Below are positions 48,574-60,865 of a DNA stretch of 64,000 nt, one piece after another. The notes beneath the pieces were generated by a model that was not told the origin of the DNA, searched no databases, and was given only the letters and a program-made list of their open reading frames with translations. The DNA comes from Micavibrio sp. UBA2400 (lineage in GTDB: Bacteria; Pseudomonadota; Alphaproteobacteria; UBA2400). Positions within the stretch are counted from its first letter, which is position 1. Each line of letters opens with the position of its first letter. Made by a program: the position numbers and the translations under genes. Location of the stretch: the NCBI GenBank assembly GCA_002343265.1, contig DDSC01000038.1, forward strand, positions 5,454-69,453. The letters are read 5' to 3'.

Positions 48574-50175
48574 TTAACGCCCGGTGGCGCTAAACATTTT
48601 GCTGAGTTCTGAAGCAGACTGGAAGTATTTCTTGGTCTCGTCTTTGGCGATCATAAGCTCATCGGCGATGGTTTTCCCGGGTTCGATAGCCGGGATGGCT
48701 TTGCCACGCGCGATCAGGCGCTCGGTGTCACGTATGATTTTGCCCCAGATGCCGTTAATGATGTTTTCGTCACCGCGTACGAAGCGCATCGCCTGGGAGG
48801 CCTCAATCAGTAAGGTACACAGGCGGTCGGCATTTGCCTTCATTCGCTCGAAAGCTTCGCGTAATTTGGGGTCCTGTTCCAGAGTGTGATCAAAGTCCCA
48901 GCGCAAGCCGACCTGTTCGTCTTTGGGCTGCATCTGACGGATGATCTTATCAACCGGCTGCTTGGAACGGTTAACGGCAGACTCTACCTGAATACGAAGC
49001 AGGGAGAAGTCCTGAGCCTGCTCATACCATTTAAAGTCCTCAGCGAGCAATGTCATCTGATTCTGCATGGCTTTAATGGGTTCTGCCGCATCACCCAGAG
49101 TTGTGGCTTCGACCTCGGCCCCCTTGAAGATGGAGACCTCTTCAATGATTTCGCCTTTGGCATCATAGACGATTTTGGCCGGCCCCTCATCAGGCTGGCG
49201 GCTAATGACGCCATTTTCATACCACACTTCCAGCCAGCCTCCCTCTGGGGTTGGGCAGGCAACGGCGGGGGCACCCTCGCGGTGACGTTTGCCGTTGACA
49301 AAGTATTCCTCACCCCCATCCGGGCGGATAATGGCAGGACGTGAGCGGTTATGCAGAAGATTCTCGACCTGATCAGGCTGCGTCAGGTCAGGAGGTGGGC
49401 TCCCTTGTGCGTGGAGATAATAATAAACCACCCCGGTAGGGGCGAGGGCGAACTCCCCGATCGCCTGTGTACCAGCCATCAGACTTCCCATGTCTCGTTC
49501 AGCCGCAAGCTGATCGAAGGTACCATACCAACTATGTAGCGCGGCTTCCATCTGGCGGGTCATATGAAAGACCCGGTCCTGCGCTTCAGGCTCAAGGCTA
49601 TTGAAATTTTCCCGCATCATGCGTTTGGCGGCAATGATCTGGTTGGGTGTCGCTAAAAAGACGTGACGGTCCCAGTAATCGCGGTTGGCCATGCGCTGAG
49701 CCTCGGGTTGATAACGGCTCGGAAAAACCTGACGCTTAGGGCCGGGGTGAATAGAGAAAATCCGGTAGTCGCCGCTCTGGCGGCGATCCGGGCCACAGAA
49801 AAAAGTGATATCCCGAGTCTTTTTAAGCTGGCTTGGCGCAACAATGGCGGCTGAAACAATGGTTTCGCGGGGGCTGTCAAAATAGCGATAGACAGGAACA
49901 ACGACCGATTTTTCAGGCAGCTCGGAGACAGGAAGCAGGCAATCAAACCCAATCGGGGTGCCCGCATCGATCGTAATACACTCCACCTCAGCCGGACGTT
50001 TTTTTTCAACGTTCTCGTCATAGGCTTTTTTCGCTGCTTCATCGCACATTTTGAGCACGCGATTGACCAGTTGCGAGCTGGGCAGAAGGAATGCCGAACC
50101 TATGGTCAAGCCTGACAGGTCGCCCATAAGTTCGGCGCGAACAACATCATCTGTAACAGCACTGACATAACGCAT
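48574..50175 (-). CDS. Large hypothetical cytoplasmic protein (533 aa), unassigned
   Basis: There are no TM helices and no nucleotide-binding motif. The central segment 'YFVNGKRHREGAPAV...GGWLEVWYENGVISRQPDEGPAKIVYDAKGE' weakly resembles MORN/YwqK-type repeats. Confidence 0.45.
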   Translation of the reverse strand: MRYVSAVTDDVVRAELMGDLSGLTIGSAFLLPSSQLVNRVLKMCDEAAKKAYDENVEKKRPAEVECITIDAGTPIGFDCLLPVSELPEKSVVVPVYRYFDSPRETIVSAAIVAPSQLKKTRDITFFCGPDRRQSGDYRIFSIHPGPKRQVFPSRYQPEAQRMANRDYWDRHVFLATPNQIIAAKRMMRENFNSLEPEAQDRVFHMTRQMEAALHSWYGTFDQLAAERDMGSLMAGTQAIGEFALAPTGVVYYYLHAQGSPPPDLTQPDQVENLLHNRSRPAIIRPDGGEEYFVNGKRHREGAPAVACPTPEGGWLEVWYENGVISRQPDEGPAKIVYDAKGEIIEEVSIFKGAEVEATTLGDAAEPIKAMQNQMTLLAEDFKWYEQAQDFSLLRIQVESAVNRSKQPVDKIIRQMQPKDEQVGLRWDFDHTLEQDPKLREAFERMKANADRLCTLLIEASQAMRFVRGDENIINGIWGKIIRDTERLIARGKAIPAIEPGKTIADELMIAKDETKKYFQSASELSKMFSATGR

Positions 50176-50249
50176 GGCGATACTCCGACGCTCTAGAGTA
50201 CAGCCTAATGGTTAACAAAAACTAGCCAATTATTAAGAAATTTTCCTGC

Positions 50250-51833
50250 CTAATGGCTCACAGGCTTTTCGGCGCCCAAGCCTGTTTGTGCACGAATGTA
50301 CTGGGCATCAAACGCTTCGCGTTCCTGTTTAGCTGAGGCACTGTTGTCTGTTCGTGAAAAGAACCAGATGCCGAAAAAGGCAAGCGGCATGGAGAACAGC
50401 GCCGGATACTCATATGGGAATAGGGCCTGATCAAAACCAAGTACATTCACCCATATGGTTTTACTCAAGACCATCAGAATGATTGTCGAGAGTAGGCCCA
50501 AGGTCCCGCCAATAACCGCCCCGCGCGTTGTCATTTTTTTCCAATACATGGACAGGAGCAAGACTGGGAAGTTGGCGCTCGCGGCAATAGCAAAGGCCAA
50601 GCCTACCATAAAAGCTACATTCTGGTGTTCGAATGCAATACCGAGCAGCATGGCGAGGATACCAAGGAGCACAGTCGCCCCCTTGCTGACACGGATTTCT
50701 TCTGCCTCACTGGCTTGTCCGTGGCGGAACACGCGTGCGTAGAGATCATGTGAGATCGCTGATGCTCCGGCCAAGGTTAGGCCGGAGACCACAGCCAGGA
50801 TTGTGGCAAAGGCCACAGCCGAAATAAAGCCCATGAGCACATCGCCGCCGAGCGCATGCGCCAGTTGAATCGCGGCCATATTACTACCGCCAAGCAGGGC
50901 ACCTTTTTCGTCAGTGTACGCGGGTGAACCCGTGAGGAATATGATGGCGCCAAAGCCGATGATAAAGGTAAGAATATAGAAGTAGCCAATAAACCCGGTT
51001 GCATAAAGAACCGAGCGGTTGGCCTGTTTGGCGTCTTTCACGGTAAAGAAGCGCATCAGGATATGAGGCAAACCCGCTGTACCAAACATAAGCGCAAGTC
51101 CAAGAGAGACGGCGGAGATCGGGTCTTTAACCATGCCGCCCGGCTCCATGATGGTGCTGCCTTTAGGGTGTGTAGCCGTAGCCTGGGCAAATAAGGCTGT
51201 CATGTCAAAGTTGAAGCTAGCCAATACGGAGAGGGCAATAATTGTGGCCCCCGCCAGCAGAAGGACGGCTTTGATGATCTGCACCCATGTTGTGGCCAAC
51301 ATGCCGCCGAACATGACATACGAAATCATCAAAACACCAACGATTGCAATAGCGCTCGTGTAGGGGAGGTGGAACAGAACCTCGATCAGTTTACCCGCCC
51401 CAACCATTTGTGCAATCAGGTACAGGAGAACGGTCGCGAGGGACCCACAGGCAGCCAGAACACGGATTGGTTTTTGCTGAAAACGGAAGCTGACAACATC
51501 CGAGAAATTGTAACGCCCTAGATTTCGTAACGGTTCTGCAATCAGCAAGAGGATAATGGGCCAACCAACCAGAAAACCGATGGAATAAAGCAAGCCATCA
51601 AAGCCGGATAAAAACACCATGCCGGAAATGCCGAGAAAGGAAGCCGCCGACATGTAATCGCCAGCGATGGCTAGACCATTTTGAAATCCTGTGATTTGAC
51701 CGCCGGCAGAGTAGAAATCACGTGTAGTGCGTGTGCGCTTGGCCGCCCAGCGGGTAATCATCAGGGTTACGAGAACAAAGCCAATAAATATCAACGCAGC
51801 CGTTAGATTAAGTTGGGTAAAAAATGTGCTCAT
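50250..51833 (-). CDS. actP: Cation/acetate symporter ActP (SSS family)
   Basis: About 527 aa with 13-14 TM helices in the sodium:solute symporter family. The ATG at 51831-51833 was chosen, lying 2 nt after the DUF485 gene stop. Confidence 0.8.
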   Translation of the reverse strand: MSTFFTQLNLTAALIFIGFVLVTLMITRWAAKRTRTTRDFYSAGGQITGFQNGLAIAGDYMSAASFLGISGMVFLSGFDGLLYSIGFLVGWPIILLLIAEPLRNLGRYNFSDVVSFRFQQKPIRVLAACGSLATVLLYLIAQMVGAGKLIEVLFHLPYTSAIAIVGVLMISYVMFGGMLATTWVQIIKAVLLLAGATIIALSVLASFNFDMTALFAQATATHPKGSTIMEPGGMVKDPISAVSLGLALMFGTAGLPHILMRFFTVKDAKQANRSVLYATGFIGYFYILTFIIGFGAIIFLTGSPAYTDEKGALLGGSNMAAIQLAHALGGDVLMGFISAVAFATILAVVSGLTLAGASAISHDLYARVFRHGQASEAEEIRVSKGATVLLGILAMLLGIAFEHQNVAFMVGLAFAIAASANFPVLLLSMYWKKMTTRGAVIGGTLGLLSTIILMVLSKTIWVNVLGFDQALFPYEYPALFSMPLAFFGIWFFSRTDNSASAKQEREAFDAQYIRAQTGLGAEKPVSH

Positions 51834-51835
51834 GA

Positions 51836-52141
51836 TCAAAGCCCCCGGTCATGGATAGTGGCTACGAGATCTTCCAGATATCGGTTCGCATACCAGACAT
51901 AATAGGCCGTCATGCCGATCGTCAGCAGGATCAGGCCTAGCCCGGCTAGTATGCCAACACTGGTGATGCCATCGCCAAGGCGGATGGCAAGAAGGTGGGG
52001 GGTGTATCCAACCATCAGGATAAAGCTAAAATAGGCCGTCAGAATTATGGCTGTAAGCAGCCAGCCAACACGGCGACGACGGCGCAGAAGCTCCTGATAT
52101 TCGGGCATGGCTTTGATATCAGCGATCGGTATTTTAGTCAT
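51836..52141 (-). CDS. DUF485 (YjcH-like) small membrane protein, canonical ActP partner
   Basis: 101 aa with two TM helices, encoded immediately upstream of actP. Confidence 0.7.
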   Translation of the reverse strand: MTKIPIADIKAMPEYQELLRRRRRVGWLLTAIILTAYFSFILMVGYTPHLLAIRLGDGITSVGILAGLGLILLTIGMTAYYVWYANRYLEDLVATIHDRGL

Positions 52142-52291
52142 AAGGCCCCCAGTCTGGCTTGACCCTGTTCGTTATATTTATCGCTTCATCATATCAGCTC
52201 CGGACAGCCACTTCAGGCAAAATCGTCGCTGCATTGCATTGTGCAATGTGCGCTAAAATGACGATAAATCATTGATAATAAATCTGTACGT

Positions 52292-52717
52292 TTATAGAGA
52301 TCTAGTTGGGCGTGGGGCTGGCGGTAAGGCGGCAGGTGGATAAAATCCATTTCTAATTGTCGGGTCGAAGGGGGCAGGATTGCTGCCGGCTTGTGCCATT
52401 TGAAGCATTCTCGACATGTGTTGGCTATAGCGAGCCTGATCTCGCGCTAGCAAGCCAGTGAAAGCAGCGAGCGGTGCCAGAATTGGCCCATAGGGAGTTG
52501 CAAGTGCAGCAAATGTCACAAGGCATGAGGTAGTGCCAAATGCGCAGGCACTTCTCTGAGCCTGTTGGCGCTGAAGAGTAAGATGCCATTGCGCTGGCTT
52601 CTTGCCGTACCGACGCACATTCTCACGGTAGATGCGTTCCACTTCTTTGGGCTCAAGGTAACCCTCAATCGGGTAACGCAGAACTGCAAGCAAACCCATA
52701 AAAATCTCCTTCGCCAT
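52292..52717 (-). CDS. Hypothetical protein (weak)
   Basis: 141-aa ORF with a poor RBS. It lies between the actP operon and uvrA. Confidence 0.25.
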   Translation of the reverse strand: MAKEIFMGLLAVLRYPIEGYLEPKEVERIYRENVRRYGKKPAQWHLTLQRQQAQRSACAFGTTSCLVTFAALATPYGPILAPLAAFTGLLARDQARYSQHMSRMLQMAQAGSNPAPFDPTIRNGFYPPAALPPAPRPTRSL

Positions 52718-52755
52718 AAAAACTGCTGCAGATTAGGCTCGGGGACAAACTAAGA

Positions 52756-55623
52756 TCAAGCTTTTTTGCGGGCAGAAGTCTTAACGGCTTTATTAATGCC
52801 CAGCAGCGGGGCCAGATATTGCCCGGTATAACTGCGCTTGATCTCACAAATAGCCTCCGGGGTGCCTTGGCCGACCAGTTCGCCACCGCCATCACCACCT
52901 TCAGGGCCGAGATCAATGATCCAGTCAGCGGTTTTGATAACCTCAAGGTTATGTTCAATCACCACCATCGTGTTGCCATTCTCAACTAGCTCATGCAAAA
53001 CCTCGAGCAACTTGCGGACATCTTCGAAGTGCAGGCCGGTGGTTGGCTCATCAAGGATATACAGCGTACGGCCGGTGGCGCGTTTGCTCAATTCCTTGGC
53101 CAGCTTGATACGCTGGGCCTCGCCGCCGGAGAGGGTCGTTGCTTGCTGACCGATATGAATATAGCCAAGGCCAACCCGGCGCAGGGTTTCCAGCTTCTCA
53201 TGAATGAGGGGCTGTGCCTTGAAGAAGGCAGCACCTTCTTCCACAGTCATTTCCAGCACATCGGCAATGCTCTTGCCTTTGTACTGAATTTCCAACGTCT
53301 CGCGGTTGTAGCGCTTACCGTGGCATTCCTCACAGGTTACATACACATCCGGCAGGAAGTGCATTTCTATTTTGATAGTGCCATCGCCCTGGCAAGCCTC
53401 ACAGCGACCGCCCTTGACGTTAAAACTGAAGCGGCCGACATCATAGCCGCGGGCCTTTGACTCGGGTAGTCCGGCGTACCAGTCGCGGATGGGAGTGAAT
53501 GCGCCCGTATATGTCGCCGGATTACTGCGCGGGGTACGACCAATCGGTGACTGATCGATATCAATCACCTTGTCGAGATGCTCGAGACCCAGAATTTCAT
53601 CATGTAGCCCGGCATGTTCACGTGCTCCGTTCAGCTTACGAGCAAGGGCCTTGTAGAGGGTGTCGATAACAAGGGTAGATTTACCACCACCCGAGACACC
53701 CGTCACACAGGTGAGGGCACCGACCGGTATCTTGGCCGTCACGCCTTTAAGGTTATGCGAGCGGGCGTTCTTGATAGTGATCTGCTTGGCGTTCTTGGTC
53801 TCGCGGCGCTTTTTCGGTAAGGGAATACTGCGCTTGCCAGAGAGATACTGACCGGTCAGAGATGCCGGGTTCTTCATGATCTCGTCCGGTGTGCCTTCGG
53901 CAATAATTTTTCCACCGTGAATACCGGCACCGGGGCCCATATCCACCACATAGTCAGCGGTGCGGATCGCGTCTTCATCGTGTTCAACCACAATCACGGT
54001 ATTGCCGATGTCGCGCAGACGCTCCAGTGTTGCCAACAAGCGATCATTATCGCGCTGATGCAGACCAATGGACGGCTCATCCAAGACATACAACACGCCG
54101 GTCAGGCCGGAGCCAATCTGTGAGGCTAGTCGAATACGCTGGCTCTCACCACCCGATAAGGTGCCGGAATTGCGGTTTAGGGCGAGGTACGACAAACCAA
54201 CGTTATTGAGGAAGCCGAGACGCTCATTGATTTCTTTAAGAATACGCGCAGCAATATCATTATCTTTTTTGCCTAGTTTTTTGGGTAGGCTGGTAAACCA
54301 GTCTCCTGCAGCAAGAATGGAGAGCGAAGACACCTCCGCGATATTTTTCCCACCGACCTTGATGGCCAGAGCTTCCGGTTTCAGGCGGGCACCGCCACAC
54401 TCATCACACGGGTGCTCGGCCATAAACCGCGCCAGATCCTCGCGGATCATGTTGCTGTCCGTTTCTTTGTAGCGACGCTCGAGGTTGGGAATCACGCCTT
54501 CAAACGGGCGACGGCTTTCATAGGTGCGATGGCTGTCTTCAAATTTGAGGGTCACATCCTTGCTGCCGGTGCCCCACAGGATCATTTTTTGCAGTTGTTC
54601 AGGCAGTTCGCGCCATGGCGTGTGTGTGCTCGCCTTGAACTGGCGGCAGAGGTTTTCCAGAATCTGCAAAGCATGCATGCTCTTGGTACCAGCCCACGGC
54701 GCAATCGCTCCCTCATGCAAGCTGAGCGTGTCTACCGGAACCACCAGCTCAGCGTCGAAAACCTGCTTAAACCCAAGACCGTCGCAGATCGGGCAAGCGC
54801 CGTGCGGGCTGTTAAAGGAGAAGAGGCGAGGTTCAATTTCCTCAATCGTAAAGCCGCTGACCGGGCAGGCAAATTTGCTCGAGAGTGTCAACCGATCTCC
54901 ACTCTCGGCTTTTTCGACGATAATCAGCCCTTCGGTGAGTTTAAGGGCGTTCTCAACACTATCGGCTAGGCGGTTGCCCAGATCATCTTTCAAAACCAAG
55001 CGATCAACCACAACTTCAATCTCGTGTTTCTTCATCTTGTCGAGTTTGGGGACTTCGTCGATTTCGTAAAACGTTCCATCAACTTTTACCCGCTGATAGC
55101 CTTTGGCGCGTAGATCCAGCAACTCCTTGCGGTATTCTCCCTTACGGCCACGAACAATGGGAGCGAGAATATACAGCTTGGCTCCGTCCCCAAGGGCTTT
55201 GATACGATCAACCATCTGGCTAGGCGTTTGGGCCTCAATGGGTAGCCCGGTCGCTGGCGAGTAGGGCTTGCCGATGCGGGCATAGAGCAGACGCAGATAG
55301 TCGTAAATCTCGGTCACGGTGCCAACTGTCGAGCGTGGATTGCGGCTGGTGGTTTTCTGCTCGATTGAAATAGCGGGCGAGAGACCTTCGATGGTGTCGA
55401 CGTCCGGCTTTTGCTGCATCTCCAGGAACTGACGGGCATAGGCCGACAGGCTCTCGACATAGCGACGCTGGCCTTCTGCATAGATCGTATCAAAGGCGAG
55501 GGATGATTTACCTGATCCTGACAGGCCGGTGATCACCACCAGTTGATCACGTGGCAGATCAACGCTGATGTTCTTGAGATTGTGCTCACGGGCGCCCCGT
55601 ATTGATATAGCTTTGTTCGACAT
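52756..55623 (-). CDS. uvrA: Excinuclease ABC subunit A
   Basis: 955 aa with two ABC modules, '[10 protein letters not shown]' and '[10 protein letters not shown]', and zinc-finger Cys clusters. Confidence 0.95.
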   Translation of the reverse strand: MSNKAISIRGAREHNLKNISVDLPRDQLVVITGLSGSGKSSLAFDTIYAEGQRRYVESLSAYARQFLEMQQKPDVDTIEGLSPAISIEQKTTSRNPRSTVGTVTEIYDYLRLLYARIGKPYSPATGLPIEAQTPSQMVDRIKALGDGAKLYILAPIVRGRKGEYRKELLDLRAKGYQRVKVDGTFYEIDEVPKLDKMKKHEIEVVVDRLVLKDDLGNRLADSVENALKLTEGLIIVEKAESGDRLTLSSKFACPVSGFTIEEIEPRLFSFNSPHGACPICDGLGFKQVFDAELVVPVDTLSLHEGAIAPWAGTKSMHALQILENLCRQFKASTHTPWRELPEQLQKMILWGTGSKDVTLKFEDSHRTYESRRPFEGVIPNLERRYKETDSNMIREDLARFMAEHPCDECGGARLKPEALAIKVGGKNIAEVSSLSILAAGDWFTSLPKKLGKKDNDIAARILKEINERLGFLNNVGLSYLALNRNSGTLSGGESQRIRLASQIGSGLTGVLYVLDEPSIGLHQRDNDRLLATLERLRDIGNTVIVVEHDEDAIRTADYVVDMGPGAGIHGGKIIAEGTPDEIMKNPASLTGQYLSGKRSIPLPKKRRETKNAKQITIKNARSHNLKGVTAKIPVGALTCVTGVSGGGKSTLVIDTLYKALARKLNGAREHAGLHDEILGLEHLDKVIDIDQSPIGRTPRSNPATYTGAFTPIRDWYAGLPESKARGYDVGRFSFNVKGGRCEACQGDGTIKIEMHFLPDVYVTCEECHGKRYNRETLEIQYKGKSIADVLEMTVEEGAAFFKAQPLIHEKLETLRRVGLGYIHIGQQATTLSGGEAQRIKLAKELSKRATGRTLYILDEPTTGLHFEDVRKLLEVLHELVENGNTMVVIEHNLEVIKTADWIIDLGPEGGDGGGELVGQGTPEAICEIKRSYTGQYLAPLLGINKAVKTSARKKA

Positions 55624-55809
55624 TGTCTAAAATCCCATGCATTTAAGGTCGAAAGAGTAACAGGATATGCTGCGTTTTTGACTTAAAGTCGAGTCAAAAA
55701 CAGATGTCTTGAATTCATCATTAAACTGGAAAGATACCATTTCTGATGCTATAATCACTGCAGTGTAGTCGGACTAAAATCCGAGCTGTCGTTTGCGGGA
55801 GTGCCGGTC

Positions 55810-56700
55810 ATGACACATACTGTTTTTGCTTTACGCACACTGTTTTTTGCAGTTGTTGGTCTGGCGGTCGTTACTGCGGCCTCAGAGAGCGTGGCTCAGA
55901 CCGTGTCTATTCCTTACGAGCAAAAATCCGGGGGTGTTACCGCGCCAACTGAACCGAGCCCCGCAGCGCCAGATGTCATTTCGGTAACGCCAACTGCCCC
56001 TGCGGTTGCCGCCAAACCGATTGTAAGCGCACGCCCATCTGTTGCACCGAATATCGCAACCAATAGCGAAAGCCGTGCGCCAGCGATTTTGTCAACTGAC
56101 CCCGTTGTCCCCGGTATGACTCCCGAGGATGTTGCCCGGACGCGTCAAGCCTACGATGAACTCGTGGCGCGTAACCCGGCTGCTTCAGGTGAGGGGCCGT
56201 ATGCCCTATTACAATCTCTGCGACCGCGGCGTGAACTCCAAAAGAGTATTTCGGATCGGGTTCGTAAGGCTTGCAAACTGGATTATTTTAATGTGTTGAT
56301 CCCATTTGATATGCCTTACAACCTGACCGCCTTTGCCAACCTCAAGAACAATGGCGCTGATGCAATTGTCGGTGCCATTACATCCGTCTGCAATGACAAG
56401 GATGTTCGCAAAGGCCTCCTGCTGGGTGTCGGTATCTTCACGATCAATCAGGCTGGAGGGCAGGCTACACCCGTAGTGAGTAATGGTAACCTCAGCGTTT
56501 CATTATCTTACGATTTTCAGAATCCAGCGCCTTTCCCACAGAGTTTGTTGCAGGCTCAGTTGCTAAAAGCATTTCGCGTCTCGGATGATAAAGCCGTCCC
56601 AGTGTACCAGCGTTATGAAAACTCGGACCAAGACAAAATGTACGAGAATTTTGCCCAAGAACTGGGCTATAAGCCAGGTAACGCTGATAAAGTCCAATAA
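55810..56700 (+). CDS. Hypothetical secreted protein with Pro/Ala-rich linker
   Basis: It has a signal peptide 'MTHTVFALRTLFFAVVGLAVVTAASES' and a low-complexity linker followed by a globular C-terminal domain. It lies between the divergent uvrA and ssb. Confidence 0.45.
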   Translation: MTHTVFALRTLFFAVVGLAVVTAASESVAQTVSIPYEQKSGGVTAPTEPSPAAPDVISVTPTAPAVAAKPIVSARPSVAPNIATNSESRAPAILSTDPVVPGMTPEDVARTRQAYDELVARNPAASGEGPYALLQSLRPRRELQKSISDRVRKACKLDYFNVLIPFDMPYNLTAFANLKNNGADAIVGAITSVCNDKDVRKGLLLGVGIFTINQAGGQATPVVSNGNLSVSLSYDFQNPAPFPQSLLQAQLLKAFRVSDDKAVPVYQRYENSDQDKMYENFAQELGYKPGNADKVQ

Positions 56701-56781
56701 ATACGGGCGCAAATTTTTTCCACGACAGCTGCCCGATTTCGGCTAAAGTGCTCCTGTGCAACCCCCAACAGGTGAGAGACT

Positions 56782-57240
56782 ATGGCTGGCAGTGTGAATA
56801 AGGTTATTCTCGTGGGCAATCTCGGGCGCGATCCGGAAGTGCGCAGTTTTCAAAGTGGTGACAAGGTGTGTAACCTTTCAATCGCGACCACCGAAAGCTG
56901 GAAAGATAAGGCCACTGGTGAGCGCAAGGATAAGACCGAGTGGCACCGCGTCTGCATCTATAATCAAAATCTGGTCAGTGTGGCCGAGCGTTTCCTGAAT
57001 AAAGGGTCTCGCGTCTATATTGAGGGCAAGCTGGAAACCCGTAAGTACACAGACAAGGATGGCGCGGAGAAATACACTACCGAGATCGCTCTGCGCAATT
57101 TTGGTGGCGAGCTTGTTCTGCTGGATGGTCGTGGGGGTGGCGAGTCAGCCGTGCCGATGGAGGATATGGCGGCCAGCCGTCCGGCTTTAGCGGGCGCCGG
57201 TGGCAAGAGCTCTACTCTGGACGATGATATTCCGTTCTAG
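56782..57240 (+). CDS. ssb: Single-stranded DNA-binding protein
   Basis: 152 aa with an OB-fold N-terminus 'NKVILVGNLGRDPEVR' and an acidic C-terminal tail 'DDDIPF'. The uvrA-ssb divergent arrangement is classic. Confidence 0.9.
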   Translation: MAGSVNKVILVGNLGRDPEVRSFQSGDKVCNLSIATTESWKDKATGERKDKTEWHRVCIYNQNLVSVAERFLNKGSRVYIEGKLETRKYTDKDGAEKYTTEIALRNFGGELVLLDGRGGGESAVPMEDMAASRPALAGAGGKSSTLDDDIPF

Positions 57241-57256
57241 TTAGCCTAGGCCGTCT

Positions 57257-57673
57257 TTAGCGGTCGCGGTCAAAAGTCATAACGATTTGCGGGCCGTAGG
57301 TGCGGTTACTGCCGCGGCGGACCGCACCGACGCGCACTTGGCTCTTGCTGCTGTGCAAGTCAAAGCTTAGACGCATTCCAAAAATTGTTGGACCCTTATC
57401 GGTACCGCGCACGAAGCGCCAGTCTTTGTCGCTTGGGGCATACCGATTGACGGGCGCTAGTAATTCTTCGCGAAGTTTGGCGGCTTTGGACTCTGGTGTG
57501 AAATTCGGTGTTGGGATCGCTGTTTCGCCAAGATTCTGTTCAACCGGTCCCCAGAGGAAGGCTGTTTTCGTCTGTATAGACTCCGATGCCGCGCAGCCAC
57601 TAACCGTGCAAAGGGTCAAGCTTAGTATGCCTACTTGGCTAAGGTGGGCAATGCGATTGAACATCCTGTTCAT
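57257..57673 (-). CDS. Hypothetical lipoprotein
   Basis: It starts at the ATG at 57671-57673 with a GGAGG RBS 6 nt upstream. Signal peptide plus lipobox 'LTLCTVSGC'. Confidence 0.5.
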   Translation of the reverse strand: MNRMFNRIAHLSQVGILSLTLCTVSGCAASESIQTKTAFLWGPVEQNLGETAIPTPNFTPESKAAKLREELLAPVNRYAPSDKDWRFVRGTDKGPTIFGMRLSFDLHSSKSQVRVGAVRRGSNRTYGPQIVMTFDRDR

Positions 57674-58144
57674 TCTACGCCTCCATTGTTTAGGCCCTGA
57701 TTGTCGTACAAGTGGGCCATAAATCATGTTCTTAATACATTATAAATAATCATTACATTGCATCGTCTTATCTCACGTATTCATTATTACAGATTATTTC
57801 ATTTGAAGTATACAACAATCGTTAATGCAGTGCAGCGCAAGTAAATAGAAGATATCAGAAATTCGCGCTAAACTACGGTAAACAGACTGATTTTGTCCCT
57901 TCAACTATTTCGGTTTTGTTCCTGAGCGCTATGGGCTGCGTTAGAAAGAGTCGTCTGGTGATAGCGCGAAGCAAAAATGAGCACTCCATAAAGTCAAGTA
58001 AAAGTGACAATCCCATGCTAGGACGGAGCTATGTAAATCATTGTTATCACTATCTAAAACGACATCTGAATACGGTTCTTTTCCCTATACGAATCACTTG
58101 CCAAATGCTAGAAAAGATCTCGTTTTTCTAAGGATTTGATTCGC

Positions 58145-60853
58145 ATGTCTGACACCGCTACTCCGCTGCCTCCCGCCCTGTCTCCGCAGGTGACAATCGA
58201 AGAGGAAATGCGCCGTTCCTACCTCGATTACGCCATGAGCGTGATTGTGTCGCGCGCACTGCCCGATGCGCGTGATGGCCTCAAGCCGGTGCATCGCCGT
58301 ATCCTGTTCGCCATGAAAGAAGGTGGCTATACTAGCGACAAGCCCACCCGTAAATCCGCCCGTATCGTCGGTGAAGTGCTCGGTAAATTTCATCCGCATG
58401 GTGACGCGGCGGCTTATGAAGCCATGGTGCGTATGGCGCAGGATTTCTCCATGCGCCTCACCCTCATCGATGGGCAGGGTAACTTTGGTAGCATTGATGG
58501 CGACCCTCCTGCCGCCATGCGCTATACCGAATCCCGCCTGACCAAGGCGGCGGAAGCGCTGCTGGAGGATATTGATAAAGAAACCGTGCTGTTCCAACCC
58601 AACTATGACGGGCAGGAACAAGAGCCGACCGTGCTGCCGGCGCGTATTCCCAATCTACTGGTTAATGGTGCGGGCGGTATTGCTGTGGGTATGGCCACCA
58701 ATATCCCGCCGCATAATTTGCATGAGGTGGTTCAGGCTTGCCTTGCCTATATTGATAACCCCGACATCGGCATCGATCACCTGATGGAATTTGTGCCGGG
58801 ACCAGACTTCCCGACCGCCGGCCTGATCCTCGGTAAAGGCGGCATCCGTCAGGCCTATCACACCGGGCGTGGTAGCGTCATGATGCGTGGCCGCACACAC
58901 ACCGAGGAAAGTCGTGGGCGTGATGCCATCATCATCACCGAGATTCCGTATCAGGTGAACAAGCAGCGCCTGATTGAGCGTATGGCTGAGCTGGTGCACG
59001 ACAAGACCATCGAAGGGATTGCCGATCTGCGCGATGAATCCGACCGTGATGGTATGCGTATTGTTGTAGAGTGCAAACGTGACGCGGTAACCGACGTTGT
59101 TCTGAACCAGCTATACAAGCACACGCCGTTGCAAAGTAGTTTTGGCATCAACATGCTGGCGCTCAACCACGGCAAGCCGCAAACCATGACTTTGCGGGAT
59201 ATGATCGCGGCGTTTGTCGAGTTCCGCGAAGAGGTTATTACCAAGCGCACCATTTATGATCTCGCGCGCGCCCGTGAGCGTGCACATATCTTGATCGGCT
59301 TGGCTGTGGCTGTTGCTAATCTTGATCCCGTTATTGAGCTGATCCGTAAAGCGCCGGACCCCGGCACCGCACGTGAGCAGCTCCTCGCGACGGCATGGCC
59401 AGCAAGTGATATTCGTCCGATCATTGAGCTGATAAACGAGCCGGATAGTAAGATCGACGCCAACGGCAACTATTACCTGACCGAAGCCCAAGCTAAGGCC
59501 ATTCTCGATCTGCGCTTGCATCGCCTGACTGGGCTTGAACGCCACAAGATCGTGGATGACCTTAAAGAGATCGCGCTGAACATTGAGGAGTATATCGCCA
59601 TTCTCAACTCTCGCGAGAAACTTCTGGAAATCATGCGGGCCGAGCTGATTGAAGTACGCGAAAAGTTTGGCACACCTCGCCGTACCGAGCTGGTTGAGAG
59701 TGAATTCGAAGAAGATATCGAGGAGTTGATCGCCCGTGAAGACATGGTGGTGACGGTCACCAGCAGCGGCTATGTCAAGCGTACGCCACTGGCAACCTAT
59801 CGTGCACAGCGCCGCGGTGGCAAAGGCCGGACCGGTATGGCGATGAAGGATGAGGATGCCATCCACGATATGTTCGTAGCCAATACCCATACGCCTATCC
59901 TGTTCTTCTCCACGCGCGGCATCGCCTACAAGCTCAAGGTCTGGAAGCTCCCACTGGGTACCCCGCAGGGGCGCGGCAAAGCGCTAGTGAATATCTTTCC
60001 GTTGCAGGAGGGTGAGACGATATCCACCGTCTTGGCGCTACCCGAGGATGAAAACAGCTGGGACAAGCTGCACCTGATGTTTGCCACCTCAACGGGCAAC
60101 GTTCGTCGCAACCTGCTGTCCGACTTTGTCGATGTCCGGGCCAATGGCAAGATCGCCATGAAGCTGGACGAGGAGGGCGAGCGCCTGATTGGTGTGGCCG
60201 TCTGCCGTGAGGACCAGGACGTGATGCTGGCTGCGCGTGATGGCAAAGCCATCCGGTTTGCCGTGAGCGATGTCCGTGTGTTCGCCTCGCGTAATTCGAC
60301 TGGTGTGCGCGGCATCAAACTGGGCGCCAATGATGAGGTGGTGTCCCTCTCGATTGTTGATCATGTTGATGCCGACGCGGAAGAACGCAGTGCGTACCTC
60401 AAGCGTGCCAGCGCCGAGCGCCGCGCTGGTGATGAAGCCGAGGACGTGGCCAGCGATGATGAGGCCACAGCAGCGATCACGCTTAGCGAAGATCGTTATG
60501 CTGAACTGGCCGCACGTGAGCAACTTATTCTGACCGTGACCAGCAAGGGCTTTGGCAAGCGCAGCTCGGCCTACGACTACCGTATTACCGGGCGCGGTGG
60601 TCAGGGCATTGTGAATAACAAGGACAGCAAGCGTAATGGCACTGTCGTGGCTACTCTGCCGGTAACTGATGCGCACCAGATCATGCTGGTGACCAGCGGC
60701 GGTCAGGTGATCCGCTGTGCGGTGACCGATATCCGCATCTGCTCGCGCAGCTCGCTCGGTGTCACCATCTTCCGCGTTGGTGACGGGGAGGAAGTGGTGA
60801 GTGTAGCGGCGATAACCGATGGGGACGTGACCCAGGACGACATTGAAAATTAG
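58145..60853 (+). CDS. gyrA: DNA gyrase subunit A
   Basis: About 902 aa with the active-site region 'AAMRYTE', a QRDR-like segment and an acidic tail. It starts at the ATG at 58145 with an AAGGA RBS. Confidence 0.95.
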   Translation: MSDTATPLPPALSPQVTIEEEMRRSYLDYAMSVIVSRALPDARDGLKPVHRRILFAMKEGGYTSDKPTRKSARIVGEVLGKFHPHGDAAAYEAMVRMAQDFSMRLTLIDGQGNFGSIDGDPPAAMRYTESRLTKAAEALLEDIDKETVLFQPNYDGQEQEPTVLPARIPNLLVNGAGGIAVGMATNIPPHNLHEVVQACLAYIDNPDIGIDHLMEFVPGPDFPTAGLILGKGGIRQAYHTGRGSVMMRGRTHTEESRGRDAIIITEIPYQVNKQRLIERMAELVHDKTIEGIADLRDESDRDGMRIVVECKRDAVTDVVLNQLYKHTPLQSSFGINMLALNHGKPQTMTLRDMIAAFVEFREEVITKRTIYDLARARERAHILIGLAVAVANLDPVIELIRKAPDPGTAREQLLATAWPASDIRPIIELINEPDSKIDANGNYYLTEAQAKAILDLRLHRLTGLERHKIVDDLKEIALNIEEYIAILNSREKLLEIMRAELIEVREKFGTPRRTELVESEFEEDIEELIAREDMVVTVTSSGYVKRTPLATYRAQRRGGKGRTGMAMKDEDAIHDMFVANTHTPILFFSTRGIAYKLKVWKLPLGTPQGRGKALVNIFPLQEGETISTVLALPEDENSWDKLHLMFATSTGNVRRNLLSDFVDVRANGKIAMKLDEEGERLIGVAVCREDQDVMLAARDGKAIRFAVSDVRVFASRNSTGVRGIKLGANDEVVSLSIVDHVDADAEERSAYLKRASAERRAGDEAEDVASDDEATAAITLSEDRYAELAAREQLILTVTSKGFGKRSSAYDYRITGRGGQGIVNNKDSKRNGTVVATLPVTDAHQIMLVTSGGQVIRCAVTDIRICSRSSLGVTIFRVGDGEEVVSVAAITDGDVTQDDIEN

Positions 60854-60865
60854 GGAGATTCGTTG

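Noticed and set aside
57916-58131. 71-aa ORF inside the AT-rich gyrA upstream region.
   Set aside because: It is an AT-rich, Lys/Ser/Asn-biased translation with no RBS, and most likely non-coding promoter DNA.
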